This document shows positions 48,228-58,714 of a DNA stretch of 64,000 nt, one piece after another (within the stretch, counting starts at the first letter, position 1; every line of letters starts with the position of its first letter). Source of the DNA: a virus (Duplodnaviria; Caudoviricetes); the IMG/VR virus record IMGVR_UViG_3300043077_000092; one strand, written 5' to 3'. The position numbers and the translations under genes are program-made. The notes beneath the pieces were generated by a model. It was not told the DNA's origin. It made no database searches and saw only the letters and a program-made list of their open reading frames with translations.

Positions 48228-48527
48228 TTAGAACATATCAGAGATAGACTGTCTGTCTACGTTCTTGATATCGCCCATTACAACAGCCTGAAGATAATCA
48301 AGTGGATGATAGTTAATAAGCTCGATATCGTATGTGAAAGTCTTCTTATTGCGGACATATACTTTTTCTTTATACATCCACTTTCCACCAATTTGAACGA
48401 AGTCAGACTCTTCACAACTCTTCTTATCTGTGTTGATAATAAGTATACTGTTATCAAAGATCAGTAGTGCAATATTTTCAAATCCACCACCGTCATTGAC
48501 GATTGCTTTGAATACATCCCATTCCAT
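48228..48527 (-). CDS. Hypothetical protein
   Basis: AGGAGGTG RBS. Confidence 0.65.
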   Translation of the reverse strand: MEWDVFKAIVNDGGGFENIALLIFDNSILIINTDKKSCEESDFVQIGGKWMYKEKVYVRNKKTFTYDIELINYHPLDYLQAVVMGDIKNVDRQSISDMF

Positions 48528-48551
48528 TATTTATTCACCTCCTGTAAAATT

Positions 48552-49511
48552 CTACTCAGCCAATATTGTTACCAAATATCCATACAGCTTGTTTCCATCT
48601 TCCCCAACGATGTTCTTTAACATATGGTAGTTGTTTACATACGTTGTCTGGTTCACAGATAATATATTGTAAATCAAGTATGGGAACGACTCTAATGCTA
48701 AAGTCATCGGAGCATTGTAGAGGGTAACAAACATCTGTATGAATGAATTGACATTCATCTTTCCGATACGACCACGAAGTTCCGGTATAGATACCAACTT
48801 CGTAATAAAGGTTGCAATGTTTGTAAAATCGCCAACCTCAAACTGGTCGTTTACGATTCTTATAGAACCGATATCAGGATTCTTCAAATCGTATAAGCAG
48901 AAATTCTCAACAGTTGATGAATCAGGATTATACCCCAATACAGTGTTAATGAAATATCTGGAAATCATATATGAAACCTGATTGTTCACAGACTGATCTA
49001 ACTTCACAGAGTACTTTCTGTTGATACACTCCAGTATCATGTGAGTATAGATTTTGTTTGCAGGACGAATGAGACTTGGAGCTGTAAGTTTCGGATTGTT
49101 AACAGCATCCAAATCCATAATGCGGAGAGCGAAATAACAACTCTCAAGAGATACCTTTAACTTTCTTGCGTCAGCCATATATTCCGTTTCTCCCGGAACG
49201 CATTCGCAATGATTTAAAAATACAACTCCTGCATTATTATTCTTCTCTCTTTGTAATACTACGAAAGGTAAGTATAATGGTACCTTAACACTTTCGCAAT
49301 ATACCATGACAATCTTACCAGACTCAATCGCCGAAAGAATCTGCGGCATGATTGGACTACGAACTCTGTTTCTGATTGTTGCAAACGTGGTACTGAGTTT
49401 ATCAGGGGATATTTCTTTACCATTTTTGATTATCTCAGCTATACGTGTAGTGATAGCATTATCTTGGTTCATTAAGTTCCACTGATAAGAACTTGATAGA
49501 CTTGCATACAT
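48552..49511 (-). CDS. Hypothetical protein (late-type promoter)
   Basis: 319 aa; CACA-N6-TAA at 49539-49551. Confidence 0.65.
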   Translation of the reverse strand: MYASLSSSYQWNLMNQDNAITTRIAEIIKNGKEISPDKLSTTFATIRNRVRSPIMPQILSAIESGKIVMVYCESVKVPLYLPFVVLQREKNNNAGVVFLNHCECVPGETEYMADARKLKVSLESCYFALRIMDLDAVNNPKLTAPSLIRPANKIYTHMILECINRKYSVKLDQSVNNQVSYMISRYFINTVLGYNPDSSTVENFCLYDLKNPDIGSIRIVNDQFEVGDFTNIATFITKLVSIPELRGRIGKMNVNSFIQMFVTLYNAPMTLALESFPYLIYNILSVNQTTYVNNYHMLKNIVGEDGNKLYGYLVTILAE

Positions 49512-49658
49512 AGTAGCCAGTCCTCCTTTCTTTTCAAATTATATCTTTGTGAGCCGCACCCGTATTAATTACATTTTTTAACTAACAAAAAAGAGACAAG
49601 GTGGATTAATTAAAATCCCTAAACCCTGTCTCTTTTTCTATTTAATTGTCAATGTTCG

Positions 49659-50078
49659 CTACTTCTTATTTTCGGTCTGCTTTGTTTTCTTTTCATTCTG
49701 CTTATCAACGATATCACCGATTGCATTTACAACTTCATCAACCGTAATGCCACTGTTTTCAAGTAACTTTAAGATGGCATCCGCAGTCTTTGCATTCAAA
49801 GACCATGAGTTGTTCATCCAGTATACATACAGTGTAGCGATGATTGTGATTGCTGTTGCAATGAGATACACGGCTGACTCCGATACAGCAGGAATCGAAT
49901 AGCCACCGAATGTAACGGCTAACTGATTAAGCCATGCAATTACAAGCACGATAAGTCTTACAACTGCTCCAACCTGAACCTTACCATCCTTTGCATCGGA
50001 AACGGCGGTTTCAAGTTCAGTCTTAAGTTCAACGGTGTCATTGATAGTCTCTTTTAAATTAGTACTCGTCTCTCCCAT
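49659..50078 (-). CDS. Holin, SPP1 family
   Basis: VRLIVLVIAWLNQL...IP...two TM helices...YWMNNSWSLNAKTAD matches the W.NN..T..A...D pattern; CACA-N6-TAA at 50107-50119. Confidence 0.85.
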   Translation of the reverse strand: MGETSTNLKETINDTVELKTELETAVSDAKDGKVQVGAVVRLIVLVIAWLNQLAVTFGGYSIPAVSESAVYLIATAITIIATLYVYWMNNSWSLNAKTADAILKLLENSGITVDEVVNAIGDIVDKQNEKKTKQTENKK

Positions 50079-50153
50079 TTGTGATTTACCTTCCTTTCTT
50101 ATGGTATTAATTTAATGTGGTGATAAGAAAGGTGCCTCTACAAATTTAGATGG

Positions 50154-50861
50154 TTAGTACGGATTAGATACACCCGGAACTACTTCGAAGAACTCATACT
50201 TACCATACTTCTTATTCTCTATAGCAAATCTATAGTTCGTAATCATATGGAATACATCACCTTCAAGCATAGTTTCCTTTGCGGTTTCTGTTTGGAACTC
50301 AATGCATAATCTACCCTTATCAAACTTTAAATTTGCAGGTTTGGTAGGGTTACCAACATATTGAACATTGTTAAGTGGTCTTTCCATAGTAAGATTATTC
50401 GGATCATTATCCGCAGTCCATGCCTGAATGTGTTCATTATTCTCAGGTCTATATCCGTTGTTAAATAACTCTCGTATAGCATATATTATAGAAGATGCTG
50501 AACTCCTATCAAGTGTGGTTGATGATATTGGAGAATCATCATGCTTCTTCTCCAGATAGATTTTTTCTATACGATATTTCTGAGTAACCTCAGGGTATTT
50601 TTCTGTATCAACTTCACCAAGGAACATCTCCTTTGGTCTAATCCAAATCTTTCTCTCAGGTTCGAGACTAACTACCTCATAAACTGCATATTCCTCTTCT
50701 GTTTCTGTATTCTTGCCATATCCAATGAACTGGATGATCATACCTTTAAAGTGACGTCCAAAATCACCCCTCTTAAATTCCCTATCATATGAACCGTCAC
50801 TAAACTTTATCGCCTTAGTAGTAACGTTATCCATATCTAACATTTCTTTATTAATAATCAT
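50154..50861 (-). CDS. DUF1653 domain protein
   Basis: RHFKG...TETEE..VY...IWIRPKEMFLGEVDTEKYPEVTQKYR. Confidence 0.8.
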   Translation of the reverse strand: MIINKEMLDMDNVTTKAIKFSDGSYDREFKRGDFGRHFKGMIIQFIGYGKNTETEEEYAVYEVVSLEPERKIWIRPKEMFLGEVDTEKYPEVTQKYRIEKIYLEKKHDDSPISSTTLDRSSASSIIYAIRELFNNGYRPENNEHIQAWTADNDPNNLTMERPLNNVQYVGNPTKPANLKFDKGRLCIEFQTETAKETMLEGDVFHMITNYRFAIENKKYGKYEFFEVVPGVSNPY

Positions 50862-51051
50862 ATTCTCTTCCTCCTGCTCCTGATAATGCCATTCCTGAAT
50901 TTGCTATGCAAAACGGAAAACATTCCCCATATGATGAATAACTTTCTATCTCTCCAAATCTTCTTATATGATCAGAGAGTTCTTCAGTAGTTACAGCTTT
51001 TGGCATACCATCATACCCGACGATATACCTAATTCCATTAGTATCACCCAT
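50851..51051 (-). CDS. Small hypothetical protein
   Basis: AAGGAGG RBS. Confidence 0.5.
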   Translation of the reverse strand: MGDTNGIRYIVGYDGMPKAVTTEELSDHIRRFGEIESYSSYGECFPFCIANSGMALSGAGGREYDY

Positions 51052-51135
51052 AGTATCTAGCCCTCCTTTTTAACTGAAACAGATGAAGAGTGGAATAATC
51101 TCCTCTCTTCATCTATATTCATTTTCTGCTCAAGA

Positions 51136-51900
51136 TTACTTGATACGAATCTGCTTTTTCACGTCTTCGAGGAAATCATCGATATCTTTAACCGACGGTG
51201 CATAAAGAACACCATCTTCCCAATATGTAACCTCGCAAAGCGTGTCGGCAACTTTCTTGATCACATCATCTTTGTATAACTTGTTGTAGCGGTTCTGCCC
51301 TGTCTGTACGATAGACATCAAGAAAATCTTGATGAAGTTGTCTGTCATCAGCTCTGTACGGAACTCTGATCTCTGAAGCATACCGGTGTATACTCTCAAA
51401 GTCTCTTCATCGGACGTCTCATCATCGAGCAGCATCTCATTCATCTCACGATCAAACTGATTCGTAAAGAAGATTGCATCTTCACCGCTGGATAAAGTGG
51501 TATAACGAACCATGTTAAGCTGTCTCTGATTTGCCAGAAGAGACAGGTACTTATCCATCTGAACTGCATCTTCTGATGGAAGGTTAAATAAGTTCGTAAG
51601 ATCAAGAGTGTTGATTACAACCGATGTATCTCCTGTCGCTGTGTCTCTGATAAAGAGTACATAGTTAGAACTGCCCGAAAGGTCATCAGCAATCTCAACC
51701 TTTGGGTTCTGTCCTTCCTCAGTGGCATTCACAATACCGTATCCTAAGTTTAGCCCCTCTTTTGCGTAATCGGTCAGCGTCTTGTCATCTTCAAGCTTAA
51801 GCTTGGTGATCTTTGCACAACCGATAACCTTGTCGCCAACCTTAAGTCCATCCCCTGTCTGGGAAGAAAGAATGGCGATTTCTTCAACGTTCATCTTCAT
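51136..51900 (-). CDS. Hypothetical acidic protein
   Basis: AAGGAGG RBS. Confidence 0.65.
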   Translation of the reverse strand: MKMNVEEIAILSSQTGDGLKVGDKVIGCAKITKLKLEDDKTLTDYAKEGLNLGYGIVNATEEGQNPKVEIADDLSGSSNYVLFIRDTATGDTSVVINTLDLTNLFNLPSEDAVQMDKYLSLLANQRQLNMVRYTTLSSGEDAIFFTNQFDREMNEMLLDDETSDEETLRVYTGMLQRSEFRTELMTDNFIKIFLMSIVQTGQNRYNKLYKDDVIKKVADTLCEVTYWEDGVLYAPSVKDIDDFLEDVKKQIRIK

Positions 51901-51947
51901 TGTAAGATTCCTCCTTAAAAGTGTTTTAATGTATAGTGAATCAGGTC

Positions 51948-52880
51948 TTAACTATTTATAACCTGATACGTACCATAGCCTGTAAAAGCCTGCCTGAACA
52001 ATTTGTTCATCGGAAGTTTCTGCTCTTCCATTATAAATATATATCCCTTATTTCGACAGAGTCCGTTGAGTTCTGCGTTTTGAACACTCAGAATATATAC
52101 ATTTGACTGTACAGCGGTGAACTTCTCAAAGGTATTAACCAGACTCATAATCTTAATCAGGTTAAGACTGGTTACTCTCTTTTGAATAAACTCTTTAACG
52201 TAAATTCCACCTTCTGCAATCTCTACAACAAACGCCTCATCAGAAGTTATTGTACATCTGATAGAGTCTGTCGATGCTGACTCTATTCTCATATTTGGGA
52301 ATAATTTCTTGAGATTTTCAGTAAGTATTTTTGATATACGAGATAACGGTGGTTCTATTCCAATGGGAGTATTATTAATAGACCTTTGAGCTTGTTCAAC
52401 CTTTGTATCTCCGTTTTGGGTTGTAGCTGTATCAGTTGTATCTTCCTCATCGCTTACAGCTAATAGGTAGAACCCGAACTTTGTATTGTCATTGTTAAAC
52501 ACCGACTTCAACTTATTGTAATAACCAATTGGTACTGTAACATACCTGTCATCTGTAACTAAAGGGGCGTTACAGTTGATACAAGCCTGCTGGATTGCAG
52601 ATGTATTTCCGATTAATGATATAAGAACGGTAACTTTTGTCTGTCCCATAACGGTACGGACTATCTTCTCATATATCGGTTTCAAATAAGTTGTCGTTAC
52701 TGGTATTACATCATCAATCACTAAGGCGTTATTCACCTCTTTGATTTTTAATTTTACAACTTCGTCCAAGACCAGATAGTAGAAATCGTCTCCTTCAACC
52801 AAAGATGGTTTATAGAAGAATGTAATCTTGAAGTCCGTCTTGAACAAGTCAAATACCTTATTGTTTTTCTTTTTGCTCAT
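51948..52880 (-). CDS. Hypothetical protein with two similar alpha/beta domains
   Basis: Two ~130 aa halves separated by an acidic Thr-rich linker. Confidence 0.6.
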   Translation of the reverse strand: MSKKKNNKVFDLFKTDFKITFFYKPSLVEGDDFYYLVLDEVVKLKIKEVNNALVIDDVIPVTTTYLKPIYEKIVRTVMGQTKVTVLISLIGNTSAIQQACINCNAPLVTDDRYVTVPIGYYNKLKSVFNNDNTKFGFYLLAVSDEEDTTDTATTQNGDTKVEQAQRSINNTPIGIEPPLSRISKILTENLKKLFPNMRIESASTDSIRCTITSDEAFVVEIAEGGIYVKEFIQKRVTSLNLIKIMSLVNTFEKFTAVQSNVYILSVQNAELNGLCRNKGYIFIMEEQKLPMNKLFRQAFTGYGTYQVINS

Positions 52881-53382
52881 AGTTGATTTTCTCCTCCTGC
52901 TTCATTGTACGGTTAATTACCAGATTCTTATTGTATACATAATCCATAGTATTCTTAACAATGGAAACTAAGTCATCTGATATATCACCAAGTCCTTCCA
53001 ATACGTAGTTATAGTATTCTTCGCTTGGTAATTCTCCCATTCTTGCATGGGTTTCCTCATATGTAGCCATTTTATCGCAGATATACTCCGTCAATTGAAG
53101 TATATGCATTCCTTTAATACCAGTTTCTCCAAAGTAAGCCGGTATATAATCGTTTACATTTCCATGTATTGATGATAAAACATCTCCGAAATGTTTCTTT
53201 TGTTCCTGAGTAACCGCATTCTTCATGCGGATAAATACTCCCATTTCAGTGTCATCCGTATAGCTATTATCGTGACGACGTCCTCTTACGACAAGGTCAT
53301 TTCCAATCAATGTTAATTTCTCAGAGACCTTATCTCGATGACCGATCAACCATTTGATGACATGCATCCTAGTGTACTCCAT
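52858..53382 (-). CDS. HD-superfamily (DUF5662-like) protein, partly degenerate
   Basis: HRDKV...RHDNS...E...IHGNVNDY.P.YF..GIKGM....EYICD. Confidence 0.55.
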   Translation of the reverse strand: MEYTRMHVIKWLIGHRDKVSEKLTLIGNDLVVRGRRHDNSYTDDTEMGVFIRMKNAVTQEQKKHFGDVLSSIHGNVNDYIPAYFGETGIKGMHILQLTEYICDKMATYEETHARMGELPSEEYYNYVLEGLGDISDDLVSIVKNTMDYVYNKNLVINRTMKQEEKINYEQKEKQ

Positions 53383-53404
53383 ACTTCTTTAATTCCTCCT
53401 AAAT

Positions 53405-53839
53405 TCAGCTTTCTGTATAGACTTCTGCTTTGTTTGTTTTTATGTCGTCGTTTAACATTGTAAGCAACTCTGTTATTGCAGTTTCAATATCAGTAGTAAA
53501 TACTTTAACCTTTTTATTTGTAAAGTTTGCTACTGATTTGCAATTATTAATATAAAGTATCCAAGACCATAACTCTGGTGTTCCATATAAATCTGAGGAT
53601 AAGAGTTTTGGTGATTGATAGTACCTGTGATACTCATCATCTGTAAATTCTATATCCATAATATAGTTACTCAAGATATAGTGATATTTACAGATAAATG
53701 ACTTATGGGGAACGACGATATTCCCTATCCTTGTTTTAAACTGCATATTACCATGAGATATCTCAACCTCTTTACCTGCTTCGACTTCAGATGGTAAATC
53801 ATATGCACTCTCTGGTTCATAGTTTGTTGCAAGAGCCAT
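53405..53839 (-). CDS. Baseplate wedge protein (T4 gp53-like)
   Basis: SPKLLSSDLYGTPELWSWILYINN matches the RP..LA..LYG...L.W.IL..N pattern. Confidence 0.7.
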   Translation of the reverse strand: MALATNYEPESAYDLPSEVEAGKEVEISHGNMQFKTRIGNIVVPHKSFICKYHYILSNYIMDIEFTDDEYHRYYQSPKLLSSDLYGTPELWSWILYINNCKSVANFTNKKVKVFTTDIETAITELLTMLNDDIKTNKAEVYTES

Positions 53840-53845
53840 AATTCA

Positions 53846-54235
53846 TCACACCTTTCCTGTAAATTTTATATCAGTGGGGTCATTATATAAGACCTCAGCC
53901 ATAAATGTATTTCCGGGAAGTACTATAAGGTTCCCAGAACTATCCTTTGTAGCTTTTGAAGTAAAATCAGGAGTTTCATTATCATAATGATTAAGCGTAA
54001 CGTATCCCTGTTCAGTTACCTTTATTGGTAATTGGACTTTACACTCAGACGCATTCATCTGATCACCAAGTGTAATTGGATAAGGAGTCTGCCATTTTCC
54101 CTCTGTTACATAAGGCATATACTTTGGTATATAAGCCTTAATTGAAGATGGTTTTGGTGAAATCTTTTCTACATTACGGAAATACTCATATGAATCAATG
54201 TTATAACTCTTAATATTCGTTGACACGGAAGCCAT
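53846..54235 (-). CDS. Putative baseplate-associated protein
   Basis: Co-transcribed with the wedge gene; CACA-N6-TAA at 54272-54284. Confidence 0.5.
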   Translation of the reverse strand: MASVSTNIKSYNIDSYEYFRNVEKISPKPSSIKAYIPKYMPYVTEGKWQTPYPITLGDQMNASECKVQLPIKVTEQGYVTLNHYDNETPDFTSKATKDSSGNLIVLPGNTFMAEVLYNDPTDIKFTGKV

Positions 54236-54363
54236 AATAAATCATCTCCTTTATTCCGTTTATTTTGACCATTACTTCGGTGTGAACGTCATAACTAAAT
54301 AGTAAAATTATATGTCGCGTTTTACACAGTTCTAATATATTTCATGAGAGGAGATTTAATTAT

Positions 54364-55569
54364 ATGGAATTTACTTTAAATAAAATGCAGGCTGTAGCGT
54401 CTTCTATGTTTCAGGAGTGGTATAAACATCCAGAAACTAGAGAGCGTCCTTGGTTTGAAATATCAGGTGCCGCTGGTACAGGAAAGACAACGGTTGTAAA
54501 GCATATTATAGCTGAACTTGGATTAAATGAATCTGAGGTTGTATTTATGGCTTTCGTTGGTAAGGCGGCATTAGCATTAAGGTTATCTGGAGTAAATGGA
54601 AGGACAATCCATAGTGTAATATATCGTATGATAAAACGATACAAAAGAGTAGACGGGCAGGTTGTATATCAGCATGGTCGTCCTGTACTTGAAACTGTAT
54701 TTGAGAAAGTTGATGACTTACCTGAGAACATCAAACTCTTAGTAGTAGATGAGGGCGGTATGGTTGGAAATGATATGGCTTTGGATATTCTATCATTTAA
54801 GATACCACTTCTTGTATTGGGTGATTTACATCAGTTACCACCAGTATTTGGTCAAGGAATGTTCTTACAGAAACCAGATGTAATCTTAAACGAGATTATG
54901 CGTCAGCATAAAGACAGTGCAATTATCTACTTGGCACAATTAGCAACTCACGGCATTCCTATTTCATATGGAAGATACAATGGTGGAGAGTGTCGAGTAA
55001 TAAAGAAAGAAGACATCACTGATAGAGAATTATCTGAGGCAGATTTGATAATATGCAGCACGAATGTCGTAAGAGACCAAATAAATTGGTATGTGAGAAA
55101 GAATATATGCGGAATTGATTCTAATTCCATAGTAATAGGAGATAAACTCATATGTAGACAAAACTGTTGGGATACAATTCTACCTGACAAATCACTTGGT
55201 ATGGAAGTTGCATTGGTTAATGGATTAATTGGTTCAGTTACAAGCATCAATAGAAATCCTCATGTATCTGGTGGTAAACTTACTATGGACTTTAAACCAG
55301 AGTTTTCTAAGATAAGCTTTAATAATGTACCAGTAGATCCAACGTATGTACTCAGCGAATATCAATACAGGAAAACAGTAAACCCAATGTACAGTCAGGA
55401 AGTAATGTTTGAATTGGGTTATTGCTCAACTTGTCATTTAGCTCAGGGTTCTCAATACCCAAGCATCTTAGTATATCTTGACTTGGAAGCATCAACATCT
55501 GATTATTCAAGAAAGTGGTTATATACTGCCATTACACGAGCACAAAGTCACCTTGTTATAGCGGCATAG
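54364..55569 (+). CDS. SF1B DNA helicase (RecD/Dda-like)
   Basis: GAAGTGKTT, TIHS, VVDEGGM, GDLHQLPPV, LNEIMRQ, HLAQGSQY, LYTAITRA; TACA-N6-TAA at 54323-54335. Confidence 0.92.
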   Translation: MEFTLNKMQAVASSMFQEWYKHPETRERPWFEISGAAGTGKTTVVKHIIAELGLNESEVVFMAFVGKAALALRLSGVNGRTIHSVIYRMIKRYKRVDGQVVYQHGRPVLETVFEKVDDLPENIKLLVVDEGGMVGNDMALDILSFKIPLLVLGDLHQLPPVFGQGMFLQKPDVILNEIMRQHKDSAIIYLAQLATHGIPISYGRYNGGECRVIKKEDITDRELSEADLIICSTNVVRDQINWYVRKNICGIDSNSIVIGDKLICRQNCWDTILPDKSLGMEVALVNGLIGSVTSINRNPHVSGGKLTMDFKPEFSKISFNNVPVDPTYVLSEYQYRKTVNPMYSQEVMFELGYCSTCHLAQGSQYPSILVYLDLEASTSDYSRKWLYTAITRAQSHLVIAA

Positions 55570-55590
55570 GTTTTTAACCCACACTAAAGT

Positions 55591-55803
55591 AATCGAGTAT
55601 ATGGCAGCTCGATTTGGTTCTAGGTGTACTTCACATATACAGCACCATAACTAACCTACATTACTACATACTTTCTTTTTTTGCAGAAACAGGTATTATG
55701 TTTTTGAGTGTTTCCAAGACGACAGGAAACATGAATCCTCCTGAAAAGATTCGTGACGACATGGGAAGAAGAAAGGTGGAATTTCGGTTCCACCTTTCTT
55801 CTT
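55591..55803 (+). ncRNA. Candidate stand-alone small RNA (~210 nt)
   Basis: CACA-N6-TAA promoter at 55580-55592; 5' hairpin AATCGAG/CTCGATT; further hairpins; 16-bp terminator stem at 55766-55803; no convincing ORF/RBS. Confidence 0.5.
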
Positions 55804-55826
55804 ACGTTCTTATACAAAAAATATTA

Positions 55827-55863
55827 GAGTAGATAGGAAAAAGAATAAACTTCCTATCTACTC
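55827..55863 (-). terminator. Terminator-like hairpin downstream of the helicase operon
   Basis: GAGTAGATAGGAA / TTCCTATCTACTC. Confidence 0.65.
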
Positions 55864-55873
55864 GATTCTTTCT

Positions 55874-57502
55874 TTATACTGGTTCTAAATCAAAAATATC
55901 ATCTGTAATAAGGTCTTTATCCATCAATGGATTTTTATGCGTTGAACGACCACGACTATTGAATAACATATTTGCGTCGGCACCTTCCATATCAGAATCA
56001 AGACTAATTATACCTAATGGTTTTGATAATAAAATATCATCCATAAGGCTAAACTCATTATCCTTCTTAAAAGGCTGATTGAAATATGTTAATTTGGTAG
56101 ACGGTCGATATCTTTCCTTTAATCGGTTGAACGATAGATATAATACTTGATTATCTCTCTTTCTTTCCAAGTTAAGACCAATTGTCATATCAGGATTTTC
56201 CATAACCTCATACGCAGAACCGACATTTTCACCACCGACAAATCTTCCTAAATCTGCTTTATTATCTCTCGCACCTGCATTGATTGTTGCTAATGCACTA
56301 CGATTGTACTGATGAGCAGACGCAACTGGAATTTGATAGTCAATCGCAATCTGTCTAAGTTCATTTGTAATATTCTTTAATTGTTCCTTTTCATCTCTTG
56401 CTCTTTGATGAGGAAGAATACGCTTTATGTAGTCAAAACTCAACATGATAACTTCACGACCTGTCATTTCGATTTCATCAATAATATCTCTGATATCATC
56501 CGTTGTAATACTCATATTCGGACGATATGCAAATAATATTCCGATATCATCATTGGCAATAATCTTCTTATCCTTTAACTTTGCTACAATGTCACTCGGT
56601 TTACTTCTTTCTACATCAGTATCTTCGATAGCCATATTCCATACACGAGCAAATGATTCATCTATGGTATTCTCCATAGTAAGATATAGAATATATGGCT
56701 TTGCTCCCTCTTTCTTTGGTTTGAATGTCTTTGCATTGTATTTTGCACAGTCTAATACAATTTTTAGGAGCATTGCTGATTTGTAACCACCAGTTACTCC
56801 TAAAAATACGTATAGCTTTCCCGGACGAAATCCCGGAGAAAGCATCTCATTTAACATTTGTATTCCTGTAATGATAATAGATGACGTATCACCTAATCGT
56901 TTTACAATGTCTCCTACTCTCTCTTCAACATTTGGGTCATTGAAGTCTAACATACCACTGTTCCAAGTAGTGCTTACTCTTCGTTGAGCCGCTGTATAAT
57001 CTCGAATCCAATCTCTTACCTTTGCATTTGCCTCTGCATAAGAAACGAACTCTCCATCTTCCAATTTCTCTATAAGGTTTTTCATTACGTCAACTTTGTT
57101 TATAAGAATTCCATGAACTAGTCTATCTTCTACAAAATTCGTAATGAAATCTATCTCTTTGTAGTTTAATGACCGATAACGGTCTAAGTTCTTAATGATT
57201 TCGTCAACCACTGGGTTTTCAAAATCAGGTGTGCAATATTCCAAGATGATTGCATCATCTTCATATTTTAAATCTAGTCGTGCTTCAAGTGCCTTTAGTA
57301 TAAATTTAATCCGTTCCATAACAACGGGACGATTTTCGTATGGTTCATGATTACAGCTCTGCAATAATTTCTGTACATTGCGGAGATTTAAGTTGTTGAT
57401 GTTCTTACTCTTCTTAAAGGTATATCCTATGAGTTTATTTAACATCGAAACATCCCATCGGATGTTCAATGGTTCATTGGTTGTAGATTCCAATACATCC
57501 AC
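55874..57502 (-). CDS. dnaB: DnaB-like replicative helicase
   Basis: TGIQMLNEML..GF, GVTGGYKS Walker A, YLTMEN, FDYIKRI, ELRQIA, SAHQYNR, LKERY. Confidence 0.88.
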   Translation of the reverse strand: MDVLESTTNEPLNIRWDVSMLNKLIGYTFKKSKNINNLNLRNVQKLLQSCNHEPYENRPVVMERIKFILKALEARLDLKYEDDAIILEYCTPDFENPVVDEIIKNLDRYRSLNYKEIDFITNFVEDRLVHGILINKVDVMKNLIEKLEDGEFVSYAEANAKVRDWIRDYTAAQRRVSTTWNSGMLDFNDPNVEERVGDIVKRLGDTSSIIITGIQMLNEMLSPGFRPGKLYVFLGVTGGYKSAMLLKIVLDCAKYNAKTFKPKKEGAKPYILYLTMENTIDESFARVWNMAIEDTDVERSKPSDIVAKLKDKKIIANDDIGILFAYRPNMSITTDDIRDIIDEIEMTGREVIMLSFDYIKRILPHQRARDEKEQLKNITNELRQIAIDYQIPVASAHQYNRSALATINAGARDNKADLGRFVGGENVGSAYEVMENPDMTIGLNLERKRDNQVLYLSFNRLKERYRPSTKLTYFNQPFKKDNEFSLMDDILLSKPLGIISLDSDMEGADANMLFNSRGRSTHKNPLMDKDLITDDIFDLEPV

Positions 57503-57505
57503 GGG

Positions 57506-58714
57506 TTATTCCTCCCTACTCTTGATTCTACTATCTTTTGGATTAATAACTTCCAAAATGTTCTCTAAAGAGATGTTAGCACCGGCTTTCTTTTTGATGA
57601 ATGCCGCAATTTTTGCCTCATCCTGCATGGATTTATCATATAAGTAGGGTCGTTCTTCCATCAACTGTTCTTCTGATATAGGAGATGATTTAGATTCATT
57701 CGTAGATTCACTCTCCGTATCAGGATTTGTAGCCTTTAACATTAATTTTACATTAGGTATATTTCCAAATGAAGCAAGTACGAAATCTCTCATTACAATA
57801 AACGTATTAAGAGATGGATTAATCGTTACAATTAATCTAGTTTTATCTGCCGTATCTTTTACCTTATTAAGACGTTCCATAATCTTCTTTTTCAAATCTT
57901 CAAGGTCATAATCTTTCTTAATCGAAAATGCTACCGTCGGCAAAATCGGAGCATATTCGTTTTGAACATATTCTTCTATAGCAAGTTTCGTGGTTGTATC
58001 ATATTCAACGTAATAGAAACCGCACTTTCCATCTTTATCAAATTCCCATCGGCTAACCGTACCAATGGATTTGAATCTACCATCTATTCCAGATGCAATA
58101 TTGTAATGGAAATGACCAAAGTATGAATACTGAGCAACCTTACATAAATCATCTGCTTTAAATACAGTTGCTGCTGAATGTTTCTCAACTGGTTCTGAAT
58201 TAGTCTTATTCATATACCACATTAAATCCGTTGGTCCATGTCCAAATATAAAATCATAATGCTTCATGAAATACGGCTTATAATATAATTCACTATCTAT
58301 AACGTATTCTTCTGGGATATATAGAATATCTAGTCCCAATACACTTTCTTCATTAACTTCACTAAATATCTTTATCCTATCATTATTCATCAACTGGGTA
58401 AATATAATATCCAATGTCTCTAACTGTTTTGCATCATGCGTTCTGGTACCTTCAATAAACCGAAATTGGGTACCATAGTCTTTTGTCATTTCAAGTAATT
58501 CTTTCATTATAAGAAAGAATACCTTTAATGTATCTGAGGAGAAGTATTCCTTCATGTCGAAAATATCTCCAGCTACTACAAATAAATCAAGTGACTTCGA
58601 TTGTTTTAATTTATGGTCAACCATACGCAGTAATTCCAATCGAAATCTATATGGGTCAGTTGCACCCATATGCCAATCTGCTGACACAATCAATGATACC
58701 ACCTTATGCGTCAT
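57506..58714 (-). CDS. sbcD: SbcD/Mre11-like nuclease
   Basis: ADWH, AGDIFD, EGTRTHD, FGHG, FGHFH metallophosphoesterase motifs; start MTHKVV (58714). Confidence 0.88.
   Translation of the reverse strand: MTHKVVSLIVSADWHMGATDPYRFRLELLRMVDHKLKQSKSLDLFVVAGDIFDMKEYFSSDTLKVFFLIMKELLEMTKDYGTQFRFIEGTRTHDAKQLETLDIIFTQLMNNDRIKIFSEVNEESVLGLDILYIPEEYVIDSELYYKPYFMKHYDFIFGHGPTDLMWYMNKTNSEPVEKHSAATVFKADDLCKVAQYSYFGHFHYNIASGIDGRFKSIGTVSRWEFDKDGKCGFYYVEYDTTTKLAIEEYVQNEYAPILPTVAFSIKKDYDLEDLKKKIMERLNKVKDTADKTRLIVTINPSLNTFIVMRDFVLASFGNIPNVKLMLKATNPDTESESTNESKSSPISEEQLMEERPYLYDKSMQDEAKIAAFIKKKAGANISLENILEVINPKDSRIKSREE

Noticed and set aside
14360-57502. Inteins or self-splicing introns in SbcC, RNAP, ligase, RecA, topoisomerase or DnaB
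   Set aside because: No intein termini (C...HN-C/S/T), LAGLIDADG/HNH insertions or interrupted frames were seen
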